NCBI GenBank assembly: GCA_964510615.1
Contig: CAZEBA010000015.1
Coordinates: forward strand, 4,588-68,587
Length of the DNA: 64,000 nucleotides
Direction: 5' to 3'
DNA from: an uncultured Gemmatimonadota bacterium
Lineage (GTDB): Bacteria; Gemmatimonadota; Gemmatimonadetes; Palauibacterales; Palauibacteraceae
Shown here: piece after piece, positions 52,418-60,216 of the stretch
How positions within the stretch are numbered: the first letter of the stretch is position 1
Layout of the letters: each line of letters starts with the position of its first letter
The notes under the pieces: generated by a model
Seen by the model: the letters and a program-made list of their open reading frames with translations, nothing else
Told to the model about the DNA's origin: nothing
The model's database searches: none
Position numbers and translations under genes: made by a program

Positions 52418-54061
52418 GTGTCGTTTCGATCCCGCATTCTGGTCCTCGTTCTCGCGGTCGGTCTCGTGCCGCTCGGGGTGCTGGGGCTCTGGCTCACCCG
52501 CACGGCGCCCAGGTCCGGGGAGCGCCTGCTGCGCTCGAGGCTCGAGGAGGGGCTGGCGGCGGCCGTGGAGCAGGCCACCTCCCAGTGGCTGCGCCTTCGC
52601 TCCGAGATCCTCTTCCTTAGCGACGACCCGGCGACGCAGCGCTCCCTGCTCGGGGAATCCGGGCCGATGCCGCCAGCGAGCTTCCGAGAGATCTTCGATC
52701 GGCTCGACCCCGCGATCACTTCGGCGACCGTGGCCGACAACGCGGGCCGGGAGCTGTGGACGACCGGGCGTAGCCCGGGCCCGCCGGCGGGGCCGCCGAC
52801 AGGGATTGTGGGCGGAGCGCCCGGCCTCGGGCTTGATTTCCCCATCTATGAGCGGGTATCCGGGGCGCCACTGGGTCGCCTGTCGGTCGTCATGGGCGCC
52901 GCGGCCATACTCCCGCCGGGAGAGCTCGCACCGGCTGTGGCGGGCATGGTGGTCGGCGCATTCGAGACCGCGACGGGAGTTTCGCTTCTTCCGGTTCCCC
53001 TGGATCCAGGGCTGCTTCGGGAGGCTTCGTTCACCTGGGGAGGCGATCGTTGGCTCGCCATCAGTCGCACGCTCGAGGATCCGCCCGTGGAGGTCGTGGT
53101 CGCCGCGCCGCTCACGCCGTTCGTGGCACCCTTCGAGCACACCGCTCGTCGCAGCACATGGCTCCTGCTCGGGGTGGCCGCTGCGGGCCTCCTGCTGGCC
53201 GGTCTCGTCACCGGGCGCATGACGCGCTCGCTCGAAGCACTCTCGCGGGCGGCCGACGCCGTTTCGCGGGGCGACCTGACGCGCCGCATCGAAGCCCGAG
53301 GCGGGGACGAAGTCAGTCGCCTTGCCCTAGCGTTCAACACCATGACGGACAGTCTCCGCTCGACGCTCGCCAAGCTCTCGCAGCGCGAGGCGGCGGCGGC
53401 CGTCGGCGAGTTCGCCGCCTCCCTGGCGCACGAGGTCCGAAACCCGCTCACGGCGATCAAGGTCGATCTTCAGTCCGTCGAGGAGAGGCTTCCGCCCGAT
53501 TCGCCTTTGCGGGAGCCCCAGGAACGGGCGCTGCGCGAGATCACCCGGCTGGACCACACCGTAGCCAACACGCTGGCGGTCGCTCGCAGCGGGAGGATCC
53601 AGACGAAGCCGCTGGACCTTCGCGAGCCGGTGCGAGCAGCGGCCGACGCGGCACGGCCCTCCTTCGAGTCCCGGGGCGCCAGGCTGAGAATCCGGTCCCT
53701 CCCGTCGCCGGTACCGGTAGCCGGAGATGTAGCGGCACTCGAGCAGCTCTTCCTCAACCTGATGCGCAACGCCGCTGAAGCCCTCTCGTCCGACCGCGAG
53801 GCGGTGGTGGAGCTCGCCGTGGGGGACGAGACCGCGTCGGTGGCGATTCGTGATGCCGGTCCCGGCATGTCGGCCGAAGTGCAGGAGCGAGCCTTCGAGC
53901 CGTTCTTCAGCACGCGCTCGGAAGGCACCGGTCTCGGCCTGCCGATCGCGCGACGGATCGCAACCGCACACAACGGAGAGCTCACGCTCGAGAGTTCTCC
54001 GGGACACGGCACGACGGCTGTCGTCAGGCTCCCTCTGCTTGTGGAGGCGAGTGTGCCCTAG
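52418..54061 (+). CDS. sensor histidine kinase (periplasmic sensor + HAMP + HisKA + HATPase_c)
   Basis: 547 aa with a GTG start. It has two TM helices, a HAMP domain (RMTRSLEALSRAADAVSRGDL), an H-box FAASLAHEVRNPLTAI, an N-box NLMRNAAEA and a G-box GTGLGLPIA. Confidence 0.9.
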   Translation: MSFRSRILVLVLAVGLVPLGVLGLWLTRTAPRSGERLLRSRLEEGLAAAVEQATSQWLRLRSEILFLSDDPATQRSLLGESGPMPPASFREIFDRLDPAITSATVADNAGRELWTTGRSPGPPAGPPTGIVGGAPGLGLDFPIYERVSGAPLGRLSVVMGAAAILPPGELAPAVAGMVVGAFETATGVSLLPVPLDPGLLREASFTWGGDRWLAISRTLEDPPVEVVVAAPLTPFVAPFEHTARRSTWLLLGVAAAGLLLAGLVTGRMTRSLEALSRAADAVSRGDLTRRIEARGGDEVSRLALAFNTMTDSLRSTLAKLSQREAAAAVGEFAASLAHEVRNPLTAIKVDLQSVEERLPPDSPLREPQERALREITRLDHTVANTLAVARSGRIQTKPLDLREPVRAAADAARPSFESRGARLRIRSLPSPVPVAGDVAALEQLFLNLMRNAAEALSSDREAVVELAVGDETASVAIRDAGPGMSAEVQERAFEPFFSTRSEGTGLGLPIARRIATAHNGELTLESSPGHGTTAVVRLPLLVEASVP

Positions 54062-54125
54062 TCGACCTCAGACTGCCCGGTCGTGCCGTAACATCTCCGG
54101 TTTCTGTAACGACCTGGACGACGCC

Positions 54126-54142
54126 TGTAACGAAGCGTTACA
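54126..54142. promoter_or_regulatory. perfect palindrome TGTAACG-AAG-CGTTACA (candidate enhancer-binding-protein site)
   Basis: It lies in the AT-richer 213-nt intergenic region between the histidine kinase gene and the downstream propeller gene. Additional half-sites are TGTAACG at 54105..54111 (21 nt upstream, same phase) and CGTAACA at 54087..54093. Confidence 0.45.
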
Positions 54143-54274
54143 CTCGTTCTCCACAATTTTCTCCGGATCATGTCACCTAACCCTCAACCAAAAAAGGACT
54201 TTGGCTGAGCAGCGCTCGGCGGCGCGAGGCTTGTACCTGACCTCCTCCAGAACACCGACCCCAGGAGGCGCGTC

Positions 54275-56320
54275 ATGAGAAAGCTGGCTGCTCGGATCCT
54301 CGCTTTCGCCGTGCTCCCCCTCGCGACCGCGTGCGGCGACTTCGAAGAGTCCGCCCGACTGGCGGACCTGCTCTCCCGCATCTCTGTGCGGGCGCCCGCC
54401 GTGCTGGCCTCGGCGGTGCACGAACCGGACTCGCTGGTGCATAGGCGGCTTTGGGTGGGCGGCGAGCCCGATTTCTGGGCCTCCGATCCGTCGCCGGATG
54501 GGCGATACGTGTCGGAGATCGACTGGATCACCGGCGACCTCGCCATCCTGGACCTGCTGACGGGCGAGCTTCGTCACGTAACCGACAAGGGCACTTGGGA
54601 CGAGACCATCGAGTGGGCCGAGATGTCCGTCTTCTCTCCCGACGGCCGAAAGCTCGCCTACGTCTACTGGAACGAGGACCTCTGGGGGTACGAGCTACGG
54701 GTCATCGACGTCGACGGCTCCGACGAGCGCACGATCCTGCCGCACAAGAAGGGGCTCGAGTGGATCTCGGTGGACGACTGGTCCGCAGACGGGCAGATCC
54801 TCGCCACCCTCTACTGGCAGACCGAAGACGAGGATCCCGCAGAGGTCGGCCAGATCGCGCTGGTTTCGGTGGAGACCGGTGAGGTCCGCGTGCTGAAGTC
54901 CCTGGACTGGTTCGACCCGTGGAACGCCAGCCTGTCCCCGGATGGCCGGTTTGTCGCATACGAGCGACAGGTGCGTGGTCAAGATGAGGCCGACATCTAC
55001 GTGCTGGCGACCGACGGTTCTGTTGATCACGCGCTCCTGGTAGGGCCTACCGACGACACCATGATGGACTGGACGCCGGATGGTCGTGGCATCCTGTTCT
55101 ACCGGCAGCGCGACCTGACCCAGGGCATCTGGTTTCTGCCCGTCAGGGATGGAAGGCCGGCCGGCGCGCCGGAGCTCGTGCGAGCCGACGTCTGGAGAGC
55201 CACTCCGATCGGCTACGCCGGCAACTCTTTCTTCTACGGCGTGCATCTCGAGAACAACCAGGTCCATACGGCCTCGATCGACGTCGAAGCCGGGCGGCTG
55301 CTCAGCGCGCCCACGCCGGTGGAGGACCCCTCGAGCAGCCAGACGGAAATGGGAGAGTGGTCTCCAGACGGCCAATACCTCGCCTATAACAGGCGACCGC
55401 CGGGCGGAGCCCGGCCCGGGACCGTCGTCATCCGGTCGACCAGGGGCGGCGAGAGCCGGGAGTTCGACCTCGAGCTACGGCAGGTTCGGCAGATCATCTG
55501 GGCCGCAGACAGCCGCTCCCTTCTTCTGTTCGCTCGGGAACGGACGGATGCCGGCCTCGGTCTGTTCCGGCTGGATCTGGACAGCGGCGAGCTCTCGACC
55601 GTCATCACCCCGGGTAGCGTCGACGCGAACTATCAATCCCTGTTCCCTGCGCCGGACCGCCGCACCTTCTACTTCGCCCGCTGGGATCCCGATGCCCGCG
55701 TGACGCGCATCATGGCGTTCAGCCTCGATACACTCGAACTGACAGAGTTGGGGTCGACTCCCCTGAAGACCGTCAGGCTGGCGACCTCTCCGGATGGCCG
55801 GTCGCTGGCCTTTGTCCTGGCGGATCCGGCCGCCGGCAGGAACCGGCTCGTCACGCTGTCGACCTCCGGCGGAGAGATCCGCGAGCTCGAAGTCTCGTCG
55901 GCCTCGGGCCTCCGGCCCCTCGACCTCCGATCCGTACAATGGACGCCGGAGGGCACGTACCTGCTGCTGACGAGCGGGAACGATGAGGAGAGTGTGTACG
56001 GGCTCTGGCGGCTGCCCGCAGCGGGCGGCGAACCGGTGTTGATCGCCGAGCAGCGGCCGCCCGAGCCACTCATCAACGAGAGCCTGCGCATCAGCCCGGA
56101 CGGAAGGCGGATTGCCTACCGATGGTGGGGGGCGCGCGGCGAGATCTGGGTGATGCAGGACGGCGCGTCCGGCCAGAGCGGCATCGTCGGGCCCGTGAGC
56201 CCGGGTGTGTTGGCCTTCGATTCGCCGACATGCGCCTCCCTGCCGTGCCTGTGCCGAAACGGCGCGAATCCGCCCCATGAGGCTGAAGCCCTGAGCGCCC
56301 TGGTGGCCACCTGCTTCTAG
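54275..56320 (+). CDS. PD40/TolB-like beta-propeller lipoprotein
   Basis: 681 aa. An AGGAGG SD lies at 54263..54268 and the lipobox is LPLATAC. It has PD40-type repeats (SPDGRYVSEIDW, FSPDGRKLAYVY, SPDGRFVAYE, WSPDGQYLAYN, SPDGRSLAFV, SPDGRRIAYRW). Confidence 0.85.
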   Translation: MRKLAARILAFAVLPLATACGDFEESARLADLLSRISVRAPAVLASAVHEPDSLVHRRLWVGGEPDFWASDPSPDGRYVSEIDWITGDLAILDLLTGELRHVTDKGTWDETIEWAEMSVFSPDGRKLAYVYWNEDLWGYELRVIDVDGSDERTILPHKKGLEWISVDDWSADGQILATLYWQTEDEDPAEVGQIALVSVETGEVRVLKSLDWFDPWNASLSPDGRFVAYERQVRGQDEADIYVLATDGSVDHALLVGPTDDTMMDWTPDGRGILFYRQRDLTQGIWFLPVRDGRPAGAPELVRADVWRATPIGYAGNSFFYGVHLENNQVHTASIDVEAGRLLSAPTPVEDPSSSQTEMGEWSPDGQYLAYNRRPPGGARPGTVVIRSTRGGESREFDLELRQVRQIIWAADSRSLLLFARERTDAGLGLFRLDLDSGELSTVITPGSVDANYQSLFPAPDRRTFYFARWDPDARVTRIMAFSLDTLELTELGSTPLKTVRLATSPDGRSLAFVLADPAAGRNRLVTLSTSGGEIRELEVSSASGLRPLDLRSVQWTPEGTYLLLTSGNDEESVYGLWRLPAAGGEPVLIAEQRPPEPLINESLRISPDGRRIAYRWWGARGEIWVMQDGASGQSGIVGPVSPGVLAFDSPTCASLPCLCRNGANPPHEAEALSALVATCF

Positions 56321-56377
56321 CCGTTACCGTGGCCGGGTGCGTGTCCCATTCAACTGCGCATCACCGGGAGGGCACCC

Positions 56378-56917
56378 ATGAGACGGCTCACATTCGGTGT
56401 TCTGGTCGGAGCGACAGTGCTCTGTAGCGGCCGTGCGGCCCTCGCCCAGGTCGAGGTACAGTACGACGGGATGCAGAGCGTGTTCAGCGTGGCCGAGTCG
56501 GGCAGGCCGTTCGCGATTTCGGCCGCCTACGCGTGTCCCGGCGAGGCAGAGTGCCGACCGGCAGTGGTTCGCGTCGAGTTCGGGGCGTACAACCGGAAGA
56601 CGCCCAGGTACGACGACAACCACGCAGTCTTGGTGCTCATTGACGCGAAGGACTCGCTCAGCGTGTCGAGCCCCCAGTATGCCGCGCGCCGCGCGCCCGC
56701 CAACCAGGTGTACGAGAGCATCGTGTTGATGATGGCCGTCGAGGAGTTTCTCGCCCTCGCCAACGGGGAGAAGGTCGAGTACACGATCGGGCCCGATGAG
56801 GGCAAGCTCTCCGACAAGCAGCGCGAGGCGCTGGCTGCCCTGGCCGGGAAGGTGCCAGAACCGGAACCGCCGGTGGCGGACGCGGAGGAACCGGAGGGCG
56901 GGTCAACGCCGCGATAG
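56378..56917 (+). CDS. hypothetical secreted protein
   Basis: 179 aa with a signal peptide (MRRLTFGVLVGATVLCSGRAALAQ) and an acidic Pro-rich tail. No family was recognised. Confidence 0.6.
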   Translation: MRRLTFGVLVGATVLCSGRAALAQVEVQYDGMQSVFSVAESGRPFAISAAYACPGEAECRPAVVRVEFGAYNRKTPRYDDNHAVLVLIDAKDSLSVSSPQYAARRAPANQVYESIVLMMAVEEFLALANGEKVEYTIGPDEGKLSDKQREALAALAGKVPEPEPPVADAEEPEGGSTPR

Positions 56918-56966
56918 CTTATCGCGCAGAGTCTCGCCGAGGTTTCGGTCGGCCCGCAGGGTCAGC

Positions 56967-58811
56967 CTAGGATCCCGGATCGCGCGGGCTCTCGTCCGTC
57001 TGACTATCCAGGTAGAGCCCACGGACCCGGGCGACGCGGCCGTCGGGCCCGCGCTCGAAGCGCAGCTTGAAGGAGCTCTCTCCCTCCAGGACGAACGTGT
57101 CCTCGGAGATCGCGTACAACCGGCGGGGTTCCTGTACTCTGGCGCCCTGCCGGTGGTAGTAGAGCGCTCCGTCTCGCATCTCCACGTGGCGGTCGCCGTA
57201 GTCGCCCACATACTCCTCGAGCAGCGCGGCCGGCAGCTCCAGCGGAGACAACAGCCCCCCGACCCACTCGAGCCTCCAGCGGAAGCGGCGTTCCTCCAGC
57301 GTTCCCGACGGCGCACGCTCGAGACCCTCCCGGTAGGCTGCCTGAGCCCCCTCGAGATCTCGACGGGCCACGTAGGCCCCAGCCATGTGGTTGTAACCGG
57401 AGAGCCGATCCGAGTGGTCCTGCAGAAAGTGTCGGTAGAACCGGATGGCCTCCTCGTACCGTTCCAGCCCGATCAGCTCGCGCCCTACGCTGTCCAAGAA
57501 GTCCCATTCGTCCACGTACCATGCCCCTACTCCCTTCCCCTCCGCGGACGCGTAGTAGACGAGGCCGGCTTCGAGACCGGAAGAGGCGATCGCAGCCACC
57601 ATGCGATACTTGGGCGAATCGAAGGGTTCGTAGCCCAGAAAGCCGAAGGGCGAGTTCGCGTCTCCGATCAGCAGTCGCGTCAGGGCCGGCGCGGCGGACT
57701 CCAGGCTCTGGGAGTTCCCCAACAGCACGACCGCGATCCCCCGGTCCGGAAACGCGACATGATAGTTGGCAGCTCCCGCGTCGTTCCCGGTGTGGTAGAA
57801 GGCGCGTCCGTACTCGGACTCGACGAGCCCCCAACCGAGCCCCCAGCTCGCCTCCGGCCCACCCACAGGCCCGGCCCGGACGTTGGCCAGCGGTCCGAAC
57901 ATCCGGACGTGCTCAATCGCCACTTGCGGCGTGAACATCTCCTGGTGGCCCATTTCCGACAGTCCCCATCCCCTCATGACCGCAGCGAGGAACCTGGCGT
58001 AGTCCCCTGCCGTCGTCTGCGCCGAGCCGGCGGCGTTCGCCTCCTCCCGCTTCTGCTTGCCCAGCGGAGCCAGGAAGCGGTCATGGTCGACGGCGTAATC
58101 GTCGTCGAACGACGGCAGGGAGAGGAAGCTCGTCCGCTCCATGCCCAGAGGCTCAAGGATCCGAGCTCGTGCAAGCTCCTCGAGCCCCTGACCCGTGATC
58201 TCCTCCACGACCAGCTGGAGGAGGTAGAAGCCCTCGCCCGAGTAGCTGAACCGCTCCTCCGGCTCGAAGATGAACTGCAGGGTCCCCTCGTCCGTGAACC
58301 AGCGCCAGTTCGGGAGCCCGGTCGTGTGACTCAGCACCATGCGGGCCGTCAGCCTCGTGTGCAGCGAGTCCTCCGTCAGGTCCCGATAGAGCTCGTATTC
58401 GGGCAGCGGCTTCGAGAGGTAGGAGACGAGCGGCCGATCCAGCTCAAGAACGCCCTCATCGGCAAGCTGCATTACCAAGTAGGCGAAGAGGGTCTTGCTG
58501 AACGAGAGCGCGGCGAACACCGTCCGATCCGAGACGGGTTCCCCGGTCTCGGTGCTTTTCACGCCGAATCCCCTCGAGTAGACGACCTCTCCGCCGTTGA
58601 TGACCGCGACCTGCAGACCGGGCAGCCGTGCAGCGCTCATGATCTCCGGGACCTCGGCCTCGACCGCGCCGACCGGGACGTAGGTGCCATCGAGCCGCTC
58701 GAACCGCGGGCCGGAGGTCCCGCAGCCTGCCACCGCGACAGTGACTGTCACGATGCCGACTCCCGCGATGCCGGCCGCCGCGGTCGAAGGAACCCACGCC
58801 ATCCGCCGCAT
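56967..58811 (-). CDS. beta-lactamase-fold serine hydrolase with C-terminal TPR-like extension, lipoprotein
   Basis: Track ORF 56967..59141. The ATG at 58811 gives MRRMAWVPSTAAAGIAGVGIVTVTVAVAGC. The SxxK motif is FAALSFSKTLFAYLV, and a YSGEG (YxN-type position) block is present. The region upstream of 58811 overlaps the amidohydrolase gene. Confidence 0.8.
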   Translation of the reverse strand: MRRMAWVPSTAAAGIAGVGIVTVTVAVAGCGTSGPRFERLDGTYVPVGAVEAEVPEIMSAARLPGLQVAVINGGEVVYSRGFGVKSTETGEPVSDRTVFAALSFSKTLFAYLVMQLADEGVLELDRPLVSYLSKPLPEYELYRDLTEDSLHTRLTARMVLSHTTGLPNWRWFTDEGTLQFIFEPEERFSYSGEGFYLLQLVVEEITGQGLEELARARILEPLGMERTSFLSLPSFDDDYAVDHDRFLAPLGKQKREEANAAGSAQTTAGDYARFLAAVMRGWGLSEMGHQEMFTPQVAIEHVRMFGPLANVRAGPVGGPEASWGLGWGLVESEYGRAFYHTGNDAGAANYHVAFPDRGIAVVLLGNSQSLESAAPALTRLLIGDANSPFGFLGYEPFDSPKYRMVAAIASSGLEAGLVYYASAEGKGVGAWYVDEWDFLDSVGRELIGLERYEEAIRFYRHFLQDHSDRLSGYNHMAGAYVARRDLEGAQAAYREGLERAPSGTLEERRFRWRLEWVGGLLSPLELPAALLEEYVGDYGDRHVEMRDGALYYHRQGARVQEPRRLYAISEDTFVLEGESSFKLRFERGPDGRVARVRGLYLDSQTDESPRDPGS

Positions 58812-58840
58812 CGGTCGGCTCCGGCAAAGGGAGCGGCCCA

Positions 58841-60202
58841 TCAGTCCTGCCCCACAGCCGCGGCGTCCTCGAGCAGTCGATCCAGCTCGGCCCGGTCGTA
58901 CGCAACGCCTCGCAGCACGACGACCGCGATCCGACGGGTGTTCCGGATATCGGTGAGCGGATTCGCATCGAGTAGCACCAGGTCGGCCAGCATTCCCTTC
59001 CGGATCGATCCGAGCGAATCGGTCGCTCCCAGGTAGCGGGCGGCATTGACCGTCGCGGCGGCGAGCGCTTCCGCGGCGGAGAGGCCCGCAGCGACCAGCA
59101 GCTCCAGCTCTTCGTGCAACGTGAATCCGGGAAACAGGCACGGGTTGCCCGCATCGCTGCCCGCCAGGATCGGGACGCCCGCGTCGCGAAGCGCGGCCGT
59201 CAGGAGCCGCTGGCGGCTCAGTTGCTCGGCCAGCCGAGTGCTCTCCTCGGCCGAGCGGCTGGCGGCCCGCTCTCGCGCCGGCGCCCAGAAGCCGCGAACG
59301 GCTGGCGGCAGGTAGCGCAGCCGGCTAGCCAAGACTCCGTCCTCACATCCCGTCAGCGCGAAGTGCCGCACGGACAGGGTAGGCGTCTGCCATACATCGT
59401 CCTCCCGCAGCGCCGCGAACAGCGGCGCACACTCGTCCGGCTCCCCGGGGTCGCAGAGGCCGTCCAACTCCGTTCTCAGGTGCTCCATGCTGCGCATCCC
59501 GAGCCGCGCGGCCTCCAGCGGCGTCACGCTGGCCGGGACGTGGCCGGCGAACGGCATGCCCAGAATCGTCGCTCGCTCCGCGATAGCCCGGAACGCATCG
59601 GCCGGAAGCATCGTGTAGACCTTGAGGAAGTCCACACCGGCCCGGGAGAGCGAGTCCACCGCCTGCTCCGCCTCTTCGACCGAAGAAACGGCCCACGACT
59701 CTCCGGGATGGATCGGCTCTGGCCCATCCAGGATCGGCCCCGCCGCCACGATCCGCGGGCCGGTCACCCGGCGGGCCTGCAGCGCGACGCGTGCCGCAAG
59801 CACCTTGTCGAGCGGCCCGCCCATGTCGCGCACGCCCGTGACGCCGTTCGCGACGAACACCGGGAGAAACGTTCGCACGACCGTCGGATTCCAAAGGGCG
59901 TGGACGTGCATGTCCCACAGCCCCGGGATCAGGAACCGGCCGGTTCCGTCGACCCGCTCCGCGCCGGCCGGTACGGTCTGTCTCTCCGCCGGCCCGATTC
60001 GCGTGATGCGGTCCCCGAGGATCAGCACCGTCTGCCCGGATGTGGCGCTTCCGGTCGCCGGATCGATGAGGGTGACGTCGATGATCGCCAGATCGGCGTG
60101 GGGCGACGGGGCGCAAGCCGCAAAGAGCGTGAAGCTCGCGACCGTGGCGCAGGCACACCGACAGATGAGAAGGCGACGGGCGCAGGCGAGCAGAGCCCGC
60201 AC
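58841..60202 (-). CDS. amidohydrolase-family metallo-hydrolase, lipoprotein
   Basis: Track ORF 58841..60841. A GTG at 60202 gives (M)RALLACARRLLICRCACATVASFTLFAAC (lipobox). The signatures IIDVTLIDPATG and LIPGLWDMHVHA (HxH) are present. Sequence upstream of 60202 overlaps the preceding gene. Confidence 0.8.
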   Translation of the reverse strand: MRALLACARRLLICRCACATVASFTLFAACAPSPHADLAIIDVTLIDPATGSATSGQTVLILGDRITRIGPAERQTVPAGAERVDGTGRFLIPGLWDMHVHALWNPTVVRTFLPVFVANGVTGVRDMGGPLDKVLAARVALQARRVTGPRIVAAGPILDGPEPIHPGESWAVSSVEEAEQAVDSLSRAGVDFLKVYTMLPADAFRAIAERATILGMPFAGHVPASVTPLEAARLGMRSMEHLRTELDGLCDPGEPDECAPLFAALREDDVWQTPTLSVRHFALTGCEDGVLASRLRYLPPAVRGFWAPARERAASRSAEESTRLAEQLSRQRLLTAALRDAGVPILAGSDAGNPCLFPGFTLHEELELLVAAGLSAAEALAAATVNAARYLGATDSLGSIRKGMLADLVLLDANPLTDIRNTRRIAVVVLRGVAYDRAELDRLLEDAAAVGQD

Positions 60203-60216
60203 GGCCGTGAGTCCTG

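Noticed and set aside
54196-54216. Possible sigma-54 -24/-12 promoter (ttGGctgagcagcGCt, or aaGGactttggctgaGCa) upstream of the propeller gene.
   Set aside because: The GG-to-GC spacing is 9 nt or 11 nt instead of the canonical 10 nt, and the flanking consensus (TGGCAC / TTGCA) is poor. No confident sigma-54 promoter can be called by eye, so only the upstream palindrome is reported.
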